Program-made: the position numbers and the translations under genes
Assembly: GCF_001194135.2 (NCBI RefSeq)
Contig: NC_068995.1
Span: 38,302,507 to 38,366,506, forward strand
Direction of reading: 5' to 3'
DNA length: 64,000 nt
Source: Octopus bimaculoides
Taxonomy: Eukaryota
Part shown: in pieces, positions 12,804 to 24,835 of the stretch
How positions within the stretch are numbered: the stretch's first letter is position 1
How the letters are laid out: each line of letters opens with the position of its first letter
The notes under the pieces: model-generated
Seen by the model: the letters and a program-made list of their open reading frames with translations, nothing else
Told to the model about the DNA's origin: nothing
Database searches by the model: none

Positions 12804-13753
12804 NNNNNNNNNNNNNNNNNNNNNNNNNNNNNNNNNNNNNNNNNNNNNNNNNNNNNNNNNNNNNNNNNNNNNNNNNNNNNNNNNNNNNNNNNNNNNNNNN
12901 NNNNNNNNNNNNNNNNNNNNNNNNNNNNNNNNNNNNNNNNNNNNNNNNNNNNNNNNNNNNNNNNNNNNNNNNNNNNNNNNNNNNNNNNNNNNNNNNNNNN
13001 NNNNNNNNNNNNNNNNNNNNNNNNNNNNNNNNNNNNNNNNNNNNNNNNNNNNNNNNNNNNNNNNNNNNNNNNNNNNNNNNNNNNNNNNNNNNNNNNNNNN
13101 NNNNNNNNNNNNNNNNNNNNNNNNNNNNNNNNNNNNNNNNNNNNNNNNNNNNNNNNNNNNNNNNNNNNNNNNNNNNNNNNNNNNNNNNNNNNNNNNNNNN
13201 NNNNNNNNNNNNNNNNNNNNNNNNNNNNNNNNNNNNNNNNNNNNNNNNNNNNNAACCTCTGCTTACACACAAACCACTACCTCTACCTCTACCACCACCC
13301 CCAACCCTCAGCCTAACCCACATCCACCCATGCTTTCCCCAATCTCACCTCCCCCACCTCCCAACACCCTAACATCACACCAAGCTACACCATATCACAC
13401 AACACATTACTTCACAACACATCACCATGCACACACCAGCACTGACCAATTCCCTTCCCCACATTCTCATACCTTCACACCTACATACACACATGCATAC
13501 TCTTACAAACACACACCTTCTCGTCTAGGGTTCACCACTTTTTTGTTATCTCCCCTTTTTCTTAGCTTTCCTGTGTGATCCTTCTGTGCGGCATTCGCCA
13601 TGATAGCTCGCTGACCACTACATTTATATTGTTTTCTCTCGTTTCTTTCTGTGTTCCTTTCAGTTGATGAGCATAGGCTCTAGCGTTATACTAATGCATC
13701 CATTTGTTGTTTACACCACCTGTCTTCATCTGTTGTTTTTCGTAAATTCTCCA

Positions 13754-13814
<61 letters not shown>

Positions 13815-14096
13815 GATGGATATATTTGGGTTTATGCGTGTATAATATACGTATACAAATTATAGTGTAACCCTAAGGACAATACATAACGTACACTTTA
13901 GGAAGTTGCACTAATGAAGTTATTATTATTTATATTTTAGATATTTGTGTTTCCGATAGCTTTGTTTTTATTTATTACTTATCCTTTCGTTTATTATGTC
14001 GTTTAAAATCTTACTAAAATTTTTAATTCAACATCATAAATTAGTGACAATTTAATTATTTAACTTTATTTCCCCCTCCCCCAAAATTCATTTATC

Positions 14097-14245
14097 TTTA
14101 CGTTCTGCGTTCAAATTCCGCCGAGGTTGACTTTACCTTTCATCCTGTCGAGGTCGATAAATTAAGTACCAGTTGCGTACTGGTGTCGATCTACTCGACT
14201 GGGGCCTCTCCCAATATTCTGGACCTTGTGCATAGACTACAACAG
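14097..14245 (+). mobile_element. tRNA-derived SINE (family B), 5'-truncated
   Basis: GTTCAAATTCCGCCGAGGTTGACTTT..CATCC..GGTCGATAAATTAAGTACCAG core, repeated at 16917, 17494, 21928 and (reverse) 41045. Confidence 0.8.
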
Positions 14246-15552
14246 ATTATTTATCATTGCTTTATTCTTGAGCTATACATATTTACTCTGCATCTATTTA
14301 TGATACGCTCTATGAATATGAACTACGCGTTGGCAAAATCAATTCTAAGCTGAAACACACACGTCTTAATGAATATATAAATATACTTGTGGGCGTGTTT
14401 TCAGTTATATATATATATATATATATATATATGTTTGTGTGTGTGTGCGTGTGTGCGTGTATGTGTGTGTATCTGTTTATATGCATGTATGTATGTACAT
14501 CTATAATGATGAAAAGTCATCATCATACATACATGTATGTATACATATATATGTATATATATACATATATATATATATNNNNNNNNNNNNNNNNNNNNNN
14601 NNNNNNNNNNNNNNNNNNNNNNNNNNNNNNNNNNNNNNNNNNNNNNNNNNNNNNNNNNNNNNNNNNNNNNNNNNNNNNNNNNNNNNNNNNNNNNNNNNNN
14701 NNNNNNNNNNNNNNNNNNNNNNNNNNNNNNNNNNNNNNNNNNNNNNNNNNNNNNNNNNNNNNNNNNNNNNNNNNNNNNNNNNNNNNNNNNNNNNNNNNNN
14801 NNNNNNNNNNNNNNNNNNNNNNNNNNNNNNNNNNNNNNNNNNNNNNNNNNNNNNNNNNNNNNNNNNNNNNNNNNNNNNNNNNNNNNNNNNNNNNNNNNNN
14901 NNNNNNNNNNNNNNNNNNNNNNNNNNNNNNNNNNNNNNNNNNNNNNNNNNNNNNNNNNNNNNNNNNNNNNNNNNNNNNNNNNNNNNNNNNNNNNNNNNNN
15001 NNNNNNNNNNNNNNNNNNNNNNNNNNNNNNNNNNNNNNNNNNNNNNNNNNNNNNNNNNNNNNNNNNNNNNNNNNNNNNNNNNNNNNNNNNNNNNNNNNNN
15101 NNNNNNNNNNNNNNNNNNNNNNNNNNNNNNNNNNNNNNNNNNNNNNNNNNNNNNNNNNNNNNNNNNNNNNNNNNNNNNNNNNNNNNNNNNNNNNNNNNNN
15201 NNNNNNNNNNNNNNNNNNNNNNNNNNNNNNNNNNNNNNNNNNNNNNNNNNNNNNNNNNNNNNNNNNNNNNNNNNNNNNNNNNNNNNNNNNNNNNNNNNNN
15301 NNNNNNNNNNNNNNNNNNNNNNNNNNNNNNNNNNNNNNNNTATATATATATATATATATATTTATATATCTGTTTGTGTTCTTTTTCAGTGTTTGTACAT
15401 ATATATTCGGTTTAAGTTGCCTATCTAAAGATCTTCGTCTGTATACTTGATTGGAACTCACTGCTGATCCATCAATTGCTTATCTTTTAAAAGGTATTTT
15501 CACTTCCCTACTGTTGCATAATTACACTTATCTAAGCATGTTTATACTTCAG

Positions 15553-16707
15553 ATGCTTTGGTATATTTTGCTATGTATTTTGCACTCTTCCTCGAGGGAT
15601 TCGCAGCGTGAGTTGAGAGAGCTCCTGTTTAAGAATTATAGCAACAATATAAAACCCGTTCTGTACACAGACACAATCATTGATGTGCATTTATTTGTCT
15701 TTCCCTCTAAGATTTACAAATTAGATTTAGGAGCTGGATTACTTACTGGAAAATTCCTTATTGGTTACAGATGGACTGATGAATTCTTAAGGTGGAATGA
15801 AAGCCAATTTGATAATATATCATCAATCAAAATGCCTTTGAATAAAGTTTGGGAACCTCATGCATATGTGTGTAATGCTGAAACAATATATAACGTCAGT
15901 ACTCCAATACCCGAAGCAGTGATGTTATCCAATGGCACAATAAAGACATCCACTACGTTGGTATATACCATCCACTGTAAAATTGACAATACTAAATATC
16001 CTTTTGACAAGCAGGCTTGCGAAGTACACATTTGTTTACCGTTAAGTAAACTAAATAACGTGAGAATAAAAACAATTACAACATTTAAAAAACAAGTTAC
16101 CTTAAGAAACTGGAATGTAGAAATAGACAAAGTTTTACAAAATCATAATGAAAGAATATTTTACGCGTCGTGGCACTTAACACTAACAAAATTATCAGCA
16201 CAGTCCAAAATAATAATACTTATTCCACCTTTCTTACTAACATGTGTAACGATTGCTACTTTTCTTTTGCCCCCAGATACGAAACAGAAAGTCACTTTTT
16301 CTACAACCAGTTTTCTATCAATAATGCTTTATTTGTCAAAAATGTCGAAGGATTTAGCATCCCACACAGCCAACCATTCCCTTCTATGGATATATGTCTT
16401 TTGCTTATCATGCATCAGCGCCATATCATGTATTGAATCAATACTAGTTTGCCGCATTTATGTTTACCAAAAGTGCGAGGATCAATGCCAAATGACTGAA
16501 CGAACTATATCATCGAATGGAGACGTAGATAAAAGTGAAACATGTAACAAACACTTGAATAAGAAATGGTTCGTTGAAAGGGGCTCGATGAAGAAAAATT
16601 GCAAACATTTAAAATTTTTTCAATATAGATATATTGATAAATTCTGCTTGGTCTTCTTCACGTTGCTCTTTTTAATAATAGGTATAATTTTGAATTCCAT
16701 TGCTTAG
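15553..16707 (+). CDS. Cys-loop receptor 1: atypical nAChR-like, chemotactile-receptor-like subunit, single coding exon (divergent member)
   Basis: Open ORF to TAG 16705-16707. The ORF-track start at 15451 is TTG. ATG 15553 gives a signal peptide (MLWYILLCILHSS) aligning with the paralogues (384 aa); ATG 15538 is an alternative. Shows LRELLFKNY helix, W.DE.LRW, Cys-loop CKIDNTKYPFDKQAC (C-x13-C), four hydrophobic segments and a short M3-M4 loop; no vicinal CC. Confidence 0.93.
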   Translation: MLWYILLCILHSSSRDSQRELRELLFKNYSNNIKPVLYTDTIIDVHLFVFPSKIYKLDLGAGLLTGKFLIGYRWTDEFLRWNESQFDNISSIKMPLNKVWEPHAYVCNAETIYNVSTPIPEAVMLSNGTIKTSTTLVYTIHCKIDNTKYPFDKQACEVHICLPLSKLNNVRIKTITTFKKQVTLRNWNVEIDKVLQNHNERIFYASWHLTLTKLSAQSKIIILIPPFLLTCVTIATFLLPPDTKQKVTFSTTSFLSIMLYLSKMSKDLASHTANHSLLWIYVFCLSCISAISCIESILVCRIYVYQKCEDQCQMTERTISSNGDVDKSETCNKHLNKKWFVERGSMKKNCKHLKFFQYRYIDKFCLVFFTLLFLIIGIILNSIA

Positions 16708-16916
16708 ATCATTCCTTATAAAACGTTCAGAGTAACATTAAGTGTCGCATATTAAATACTTTATGTTGTGTATCACTAGTTACATACATCCAAATGTTTA
16801 CTGTTAATTGTTATTATTCTTACTGTTATAATAACTATTATAACCATTTTTCTTGCTGTTGTGGTTGTTGCTCATTTTGTCGTTATTGTTGTTGTGATTA
16901 TTGTTATCATTATTAA

Positions 16917-17040
16917 GGTAGCGAACTGGCAGAATCGTCAGCAGGTCAAGCAAATTGCTTAACGGCATTTCATTCGATTCTACGTTCTGAGCTCAAATTT
17001 CCCCGATGATGACTTTGCTTTTCATCCTTTCAGATTCGGT
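16917..17040 (+). mobile_element. SINE family B, degenerate copy
   Basis: GGTAGCGAACTGGCAGAATCGTCAGC..GCTCAAATTTCCCCGATGATGACTTTGCTTTTCATCC. Confidence 0.7.
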
Positions 17041-17493
17041 TAAAAAAAAAAAAAAAAAAACATATTGGCTTAATGTTATAGACCGACCCCACTCCGGAAT
17101 TTTGGCCTTGTACCAAATTTTAAAGTCCTTCTTCTTCTTCTTCTTCTTNNNNNNNNNNNNNNNNNNNNNNNNNNNNNNNNNNNNNNNNNNNNNNNNNNNN
17201 NNNNNNNNNNNNNNNNNNNNNNNNNNNNNNNNNNNNNNNNNNNNNNNNNNNNNNNNNNNNNNNNNNNNNNNNNNNNNNNNNNNNNNNNNNNNNNNNNNNN
17301 NNNNNNNNNNNNNNNNNNNNNNNNNNNNNNNNNNNNNNNNNNNNNNNNNNNNNNNNNNNNNNNNNNNNNNNNNNNNNNNNNNNNNNNNNNNNNNNNNNNN
17401 NNNNNNNNNNNNNNNNNNNNNNNNNNNNNNNNNNNNNNNNNNNNNNNNNNNNNNNNNNNNNNNNNNNNNNNNNNNNNNNNNTATCATTATTAA

Positions 17494-17675
17494 GGCGGCG
17501 TGCTGGCAGAATCGCTAGCACGCCTCGGGCGAAATGCTTAGCGGTATTTCGTCTGCCACTACGTTCTGAATTCAAATTCCGCCGAGGTCGACTTTGCTTT
17601 TCATCCTATCAGGGTCGATTAAATAGGAACCAGTTTCGCACTGGGGTCGATGTAATTGACGTTATCCCTTTCCCC
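17494..17675 (+). mobile_element. SINE family B
   Basis: GGCGGCGTGCTGGCAGAATCGCTAGC head, B-box-like ATTCAAATTCC, and the shared core. Confidence 0.8.
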
Positions 17676-17842
17676 AAATTGTTATCATCATCATCATCAT
17701 CATTATTATTATTATTATTATTACTATTATCTTTTCCTTTCAATTTTTGTTTCCATTTCTTGATGAATGTCTTTAAAACATACACATGAGATTGTTCATT
17801 TAGGATTGTTCGTTTAGGAAAGGTGTATAAAATTACATGCGT

Positions 17843-17887
17843 GGTAATCATTCTCATGGTAATCATTCTCATGATAATCATTCTCAT
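17843..17887. repeat. 15-bp tandem repeat x3 (GGTAATCATTCTCAT)
   Basis: Three adjacent units, with one mismatch in the third. Confidence 0.9.
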
Positions 17888-18091
17888 GTGTGTGACATTC
17901 CCCTTAAAATAACCTTTTGCACTATTTGCATGGATATAAACGGAGGTATCATTCTAAAAACATAATTTCCATGGCGATCAAACACACTTTATTGTTTTGG
18001 TCTTTCAGAACAACATCCCGTTGCAACCTTAAGATGGTGATTATACCACTCGTCGGCAGTTTGATGTGAAAATGCCGACATCTTAACCGGT

Positions 18092-18166
<75 letters not shown>

Positions 18167-18744
18167 TTATTATTCAGTATTTTTATTCAGTAGTTTTATT
18201 TTTATAACGTGCTTTCACTTGACTACCGAGCGCAGCTCNNNNNNNNNNNNNNNNNNNNNNNNNNNNNNNNNNNNNNNNNNNNNNNNNNNNNNNNNNNNNN
18301 NNNNNNNNNNNNNNNNNNNNNNNNNNNNNNNNNNNNNNNNNNNNNNNNNNNNNNNNNNNNNNNNNNNNNNNNNNNNNNNNNNNNNNNNNNNNNNNNNNNN
18401 NNNNNNNNNNNNNNNNNNNNNNNNNNNNNNNNNNNNNNNNNNNNNNNNNNNNNNNNNNNNNNNNNNNNNNNNNNNNNNNNNNNNNNNNNNNNNNNNNNNN
18501 NNNNNNNNNNNNNNNNNNNNNNNNNNNNNNNNNNNNNNNNNNNNNNNNNNNNNNNNNNNNNNNNNNNNNNNNNNNNNNNNNNNNNNNNNNNNNNNNNNNN
18601 NNNNNNNNNNNNNNNNNNNNNNNNNNNNNNNNNNNNNNNNNNNNNNNNNNNNNNNNNNNNNNNNNNNNNNNNNNNNNNNNNNNNNNNNNNNNNNNNNNNN
18701 NNNNNNNNNNNNNNNNNNNNNNNNNNNNNNNNNNNNNNNNNNNN

Positions 18745-18790
<46 letters not shown>

Positions 18791-19684
18791 TTATGTTTGA
18801 CTTTTGTTTTGCATTTGTACAAGTTGGATCCAAGTCTCACTCAGAGACCTCAAGAGAGAACAAGTTAGAAGTTCATGTAGGTGTTATGCCTAGGGTACCA
18901 TATATTTGGATTTGTACATAGTGTTGTTCTAGAGAATGTTTAAGAAACCATAAGAAAATTATGTGTTTGTTTTAAAATTTGAGATCACATAGACAGTAAT
19001 TTACGTAGGATATGGGCAGTTTCCATGAGCAGTATCTTTTGAACTTCAGCCATTTGGGGTTTCCCGGTATCTGAGCTAGGTAGTAATCAGCCCGTTTCGC
19101 TGTCATTCCCAGGGCACCAATGAAAATAGGTATTGTTTTAGTCTTCAGGTCCCACATTTTGCTAATTTCTTTCCAAGATCTTTATATTTGCTCAGTTTTT
19201 GGTAGGTCTTGACAGATACGTTTATATCGATTGGGACAGTCATATCACGGAGGAGGCATGATTTTTGTCTGAAGTCTTTCAGTATGATGTCTGGCCTATT
19301 TGCATCTATCTTTCTGTCAGTTTGAATGGTGAAGTTCCAGAGGAGTGCGATGTGAGCATTTTCAAGTACTGGGGGTGGTTTTTGTTCCCACCAGTTTTTA
19401 TCATGGGGCAAGTCCAGGTTTTTGCATATTACCCAGTGAATATATTGTGCAGCTCTATCATGCCTGTTGAGATACTCTGTAGGTGCAAGCAAACTGCACA
19501 TGAAGACAACATGATCAATGGTCTCATTTTGTTGTTGGCATATACGACATAATGGGGAGCTGCCGTTCTTTAATATGTTGGCCTGGTAATTCTTTGTAGG
19601 TAGGCATTGATTTTGGGCTGCTATGATAAACCCCTCTGTTTCTGATTTTAATCCAGAGGCCATTAACCATTGATGGGTAAGGGC

Positions 19685-19685
<1 letters not shown>
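18791..19685 (-). mobile_element. 5'-truncated R4/Dong-like retrotransposon flanked by (TAA)n on both sides
   Basis: ORF 19145-19663 with Zn-knuckle CRIC..ETIDHV..C and RLE motif RPDIILKD..DMTVP..KLSKYKDL, followed by 3' UTR; TAA arrays at 18744-18790 and 19686-19749. Confidence 0.92.
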
Positions 19686-19749
<64 letters not shown>

Positions 19750-19929
19750 GATTGATTGATTGATTGAGAGAGCAATGCATACCATCAAAGTGACACGGCT
19801 AAAGTATTCAAAGCCCAGTATACCCATCATGACTACTCGCCTGATAAGGGCACACCAGATACATGACTCATAACCATATGTGCGAGGAATCTCATACAAA
19901 GATAAACAGTACATAATCTTTCAGATGAG

Positions 19930-20830
19930 GCCCAGTTAAAATTTTCTTCTGGTTGAGTAGCCCGTTCCGCTCAAAGGCTCCATGAATAAGGGTTGTTTGA
20001 GGATGTTTTTTAAATCTGTCGTGAAGAGCTTCATTGTAGTTTTACATACCATTATTTTACATTTCCGCATTATTTTTTAAAGTTTTATTTTTTGCGAAAT
20101 TTTGCCCAAGAATTGAACTCGTTCCCCGGACACGCTGTGAACTATCCTAGTAGTATTTTTGTATACCGGCGTTCCTATCTCAATCCATGCTGCTGTATTA
20201 ATTATCGATACTTCTGAACCGGTATCTAATTGCATTTTTGTCTGAAAACGATTTATTTCTTCCGATACAAAATTTTCGGTTTTGTATGGTATAATTTATT
20301 TTTGCTGAGTAGACTATCTTCGGTTTTATATTTTTCTTAAAACTTTCGACTGTCTATGCCCAATTTTACCGCACATAGAACATTTTTTATCTTTAAAGGG
20401 GCAATCTTTCTTAAAATGCAGGTCTCCGTAACTATAGCACGGTTTTGGATTGATATTTTTTTTGTTTCTGTACTTTCTTTACACGTTTGTACATTATTAT
20501 TCTTATCATTATTGACTTCTATTTTTCTTGTATCTCCTCGAAGGTTCATTATTTGTTGGCATTCCTCAGCCACTTTCTGCAAGGTTAGTATCACATCTTG
20601 ATTTAACTTTGATAATATTCTTTCTCTAATTTCTGCGTCTTCCGTTGCCACAAGCCCGTTAACGAATATTAGGCACTAGAACATATCTGGCGTTAATTCT
20701 TCTAGTGTAAACCTTTCACAAGCCTTATTAACAATACCAGACTCATTTTTCTGTAGATTTAAATATTCCCACCGAATGTTAAACAGCGAACTTTTTCGCT
20801 AAAAATATTAGTCAAAAAAATATATATCAT
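19930..20830 (-). mobile_element. Ty3/gypsy LTR-retrotransposon gag-protease relic
   Basis: GIVNKACERFTLEELTPDMF*CLIFVNGLVATEDAEIRERIL..TLQKVAEECQ (gag-like) followed by MQLDTGSEVSII (aspartic protease DTG at 20218-20226). No LTRs recognised. Confidence 0.8.
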
Positions 20831-20865
20831 ATCATATGCACACCGTTGTTCTGGAAGAAGTTTAG

Positions 20866-20948
<83 letters not shown>

Positions 20949-21927
20949 AAGGGCTGTGTTGTCATGTATACGAACATACATAAATAAATATGCATAATCT
21001 TTTTTTGTGTGTGTTTGTGGGTGTGTATGAGAGAGACAGAAAGCGAATATCACTTAAACATCACTCTCTGTGTGTTTCTCCGTCCCTCTCGCTCTCACAC
21101 ACACGCACACATACATACAAGAAAGATGTGTGGATATGTATTTATGCATGTACGTATATATGACAACGCAACATTTGACTCACTCTCTATCTCTCTCACA
21201 CACGCACACAGAGACAAACACACACACATACATAAATGTATATAAACGTACTTGCAAAAACACACGTGTGCGTGTGTAATTGACATGTGTGTGTGTGAGA
21301 AAGAGACAGGGAGAGAAAGAATATTGCGAACAATTAATGAAAGAAACATGAAATGGAAAAGTCGTATAAATAAAAGCCCTTGGACGGAATATTTAAATTT
21401 GTGAACTTAGTACATATTTCTTTCAGTAATTTGTCGTAATTGTTTGCAAGTAATGAATTAAAACTTGAAATGAAAACGTTAAAATAGAGAATGAAGCTTT
21501 TTGTCGTTGGTTCGTCAATAACGGAAGTTGACATTGAGAAACATTTTTAAAGAAGTGAATCATATATCTATAGCAATATTATTTATTTGTAATAAAAGAA
21601 ATCAAGGGACGAGGTGAAATGATTCATGCATCACAAGTATGGAAGCAATTCGCGGAGCCGTTTTCGCGTGATAAAGAACGATCTGTCTATAGGTAAAAGA
21701 ATAAGTTGCAGCAATCACGAAAGTATCTACAACTAATTTGACATCTTGGGAACGTCGATGCTTAGATTAATCGTCGTGGCATAAATTGTGTCATGATACA
21801 TCCAAACAATTTAGGTTGAAGAAACAGAGCAATAAAAGAATTTTGTCTTGGAATCAACAGACACATTTTCACAATTCCAGACAACAACAAAATCATCTGT
21901 GTCACCATTGTGACTTCGTAGCATTAC

Positions 21928-22135
21928 GGTAAGCTGCGAGAAACGTTAGCGCGCCGGGTGAAATGCTTAGCCTTATTTCTTCTGTCTTCATGTTCTAAGT
22001 TCAAATTCCACCGAGGTCGACTTTGCCGTTCATCCTTTTGGGGGGTCAATAAATTAAGTACCAGTTGCATACTTGGATCGATCTAATCGACTGGGCCCAC
22101 TACCCAAAAATTTCGGGCTGTGTACCTAGAGTAGA
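21928..22135 (+). mobile_element. SINE family B
   Basis: GTTCAAATTCCACCGAGGTCGACTTTGCC..AATAAATTAAGTACCAGTTG core and A-rich tail. Confidence 0.8.
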
Positions 22136-22904
22136 AAAAAAAATAAACAAAAGTAAACAAAGAAAATATACGTTGTGAATTCATAGCAAAAGTCATAAGT
22201 AAACGCAAAGTGCATTCACATATCCGTTGCAAAACGTTGCAACATCATTTCTTTTTATCTCTCTGTCTCTCATTATTTCTCTCTCTCTCTTTTTATCTAT
22301 CTCTCTATCTCTCTCTTTAAAATCTCTCTCTTTAAAATCTTCTCCTCCATAAGACAAAATCTGAGGGTATGGCCATCATTTGTCTACGTAACTATAAGCT
22401 TGATAGTTATATAATCATATCTCATGCAACTATTTTAAATTCCACCTAAATTAGAAAGTCTACATATACATCTACTTAATGTCAGTTGATATCGTCGGCC
22501 TTTTCCCTCTTGGATGATAGCCAGAAACTTTGTAGCTAGATATTCAGATGAATTTATACCAAGCAAGTGATTAACCAGCGTTTCTATTAATTCTCATCTA
22601 TTTTTAATGCCGTTATGTTCTTTTCATATGTAGTTCTATTTGGCAACATCTTGTTCAGTTTTATTGCTTTCCCTGACGAAACCAATGTAATTTGTTCCAA
22701 TTCTGTCAGTCCATACATTGTAAATATAAACAGTGAATTTTGTATAATTACAGTCAAGCTGTTGTAGCCAATATATTCTTCTTATCTGATGAGATAGCTT
22801 TCTGTATTGGCACGACTTTGTGAATTTACAACTGTATAGTATTATGCAGAACATATATATTAAAACAAACATATACGTATATTTTCTTGCACATTGTAAT
22901 TAAT

Positions 22905-23430
22905 ACTACAGGAAGACGGTTGCCAGAAGGCCGTTATTGACATAGAGAAACTCAAATTTTATTCTCTGCAACATCGCCGTGAGCACTAATTCATCTGTAT
23001 TAAATGGAAAATATTCCAACAGCATTGCTCAAATGTTTTCATCCATTTTAAAATTCACATAAAACACGATCCCCTTGCTATCCGTCATCTATGAAAATGG
23101 TGCTGGTGTCAGAACACAACGCAGCACTAAGGCAGATCTATTTCACCTTAGATGGTCCAGCTCCCTTTAACATCATTCCAAGTCACAAGAGAGAAGGAGA
23201 CATCTCAAAACATTGAGACGGTGCTCAGAAAAGTTATCTCCGACAAGTTCCATATGGAGCAACTAGATCCGGATATATCTCTGCAGGTCATTAATTCTTT
23301 ACGCAGAAAGACCTTGGTGCCGAAGAATCATTGAAATTGTTTTTCGTAAATGATATTTCCTGAAATGTTTTTCCATGTGGCATAATTACGATAGTCACGG
23401 CCTGGGTCAATTCTAGCCGAAACTATTCTA
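22905..23430 (+). mobile_element. CR1/L2-type LINE 3' end (degraded)
   Basis: EKLKFYSLQHRRE and DGPAPFNIIP..GYIS C-terminal motifs; terminal GGTCAATTCTAGCCGAAAC is shared with the copy ending ~38100. Confidence 0.7.
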
Positions 23431-23475
23431 AGTTTTCTAAGTATCTCTCATATATGTATATATATATGTATATAC

Positions 23476-23514
<39 letters not shown>

Positions 23515-23665
23515 NNNNNNNNNNNNNNNNNNNNNNNNNNNNNNNNNNNNNNNNNNNNNNNNNNNNNNNNNNNNNNNNNNNNNNNNNNNNNNNNNNATAT
23601 ATGTATATATATATATAAATATAACTATATATATGTGTGTTTGAGTATATATAACTGTATGTATG

Positions 23666-23704
<39 letters not shown>

Positions 23705-23837
23705 GAGCTGACGTTGCTGTGTTGGAAGAGTCTTGCTTCCTGCCCAGATGGATCCGAATCTAATGTTGAAGGAAAGATGTACTGGATATAGTCTGAGGGT
23801 GGGGGATTAGGAAAATCTGCATTATTAGAGTGCATGT

Positions 23838-24470
23838 GCAGGGTGCGGCGAATACATTTTCGAGTAAATTACGTAGAAATGAAAATAACATTGACATCTC
23901 ATTTTAACAGATATATTTACCAAAACTACATAAAAATATCTTGAAATACTAAAGAGTATATAATTCAATAAAATCGCCATTTGCTTCAATTTTGACCTCC
24001 AGATGACTTTGGAATCTCCTGCAACTCTTCTGGACTTTCTCGTTGTTTAAGGTGGTGAATGCTACTATAATCTTCACCTTCAGTTAATATTTGGCGTTAC
24101 AAGCAGTTTTGTTGGTTTCTCGTTCAACTGCACCTCACATGTAATAATGAATGGGGTTGCACTCTGGGGAATTAGGTAACCAGATATTAGGTGTGATCTG
24201 ATCGCACAAATTGTCTGACTGTCATGACTGGGTTCTCTTGTTTGTATGGCATGGTGGAGAGTCCTGCTGCCTGATATAGGGACTTCCAGCTGCCACCCTC
24301 TTGAACCAGGAAGAACTAACACTTGCAGGCACTTGGTGTAGACCTCGGCATTGAATCTTTGGCTGCGTGTGGAGATGAATGGAAGCATAACATCGCCGTC
24401 ACTAGTGATCACTCCAAATACCGTAATGCTGATTGTATGTTTGATGTTTAACACTCTCGGTACCTGTCCT
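23838..24470 (-). mobile_element. DD37D (maT-like) transposon, 3' part
   Basis: ISITVFGVITSDGDVMLPFI..QQDSPPCHT..WLPNSPECNPIHYY; I counted 37 codons from the D of QQD to the third-Asp position (here H). Confidence 0.85.
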
Positions 24471-24569
24471 CAGATTGTACTTTTCCCAGATTGAGACACA
24501 AAGACACTGAAATCTTCGTATTCCAGATTCAAACTAAAGTTTATAAATATAACACTTAACTTAATAATT

Positions 24570-24835
24570 TAATACTATAACACAGTACCCAGACCGGGCG
24601 TTGTGTGTGTTTATTAGCGAAAACACTAAAAGCTCCACGAGGCTCCGACATGGGGTGGTGGCGACCCCTGTTGTACTCTTTCGCTCCAGCTTTTTCTCAC
24701 TCTTTCTTCCTGTTTCTTGAGTAACGCTGCGATGGACTGGCGTCCCGTCCAGCGGGGAGGAATATATACGCCATAGAAGCCGGGAAACCGGGCCCATGAG
24801 CCTAGCTAGGCTTAAAAAGGGCGAGAAAAAATACA
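24570..24835 (+). mobile_element. SINE carrying a Deu/Nin-like conserved core
   Basis: CTGCGATGGACTGGCGTCCCGTCCAGCGGGGAG..GGAAACCGGGCCCATGAGCC resembles, from memory, the Deu/Nin SINE domain; A-rich tail. Confidence 0.55.

Noticed and set aside
15451-15552. TTG-initiated N-terminal extension of gene 1
   Set aside because: Non-ATG start; ATG 15553 aligns with paralogue starts within one residue. ATG 15538 cannot be fully excluded.
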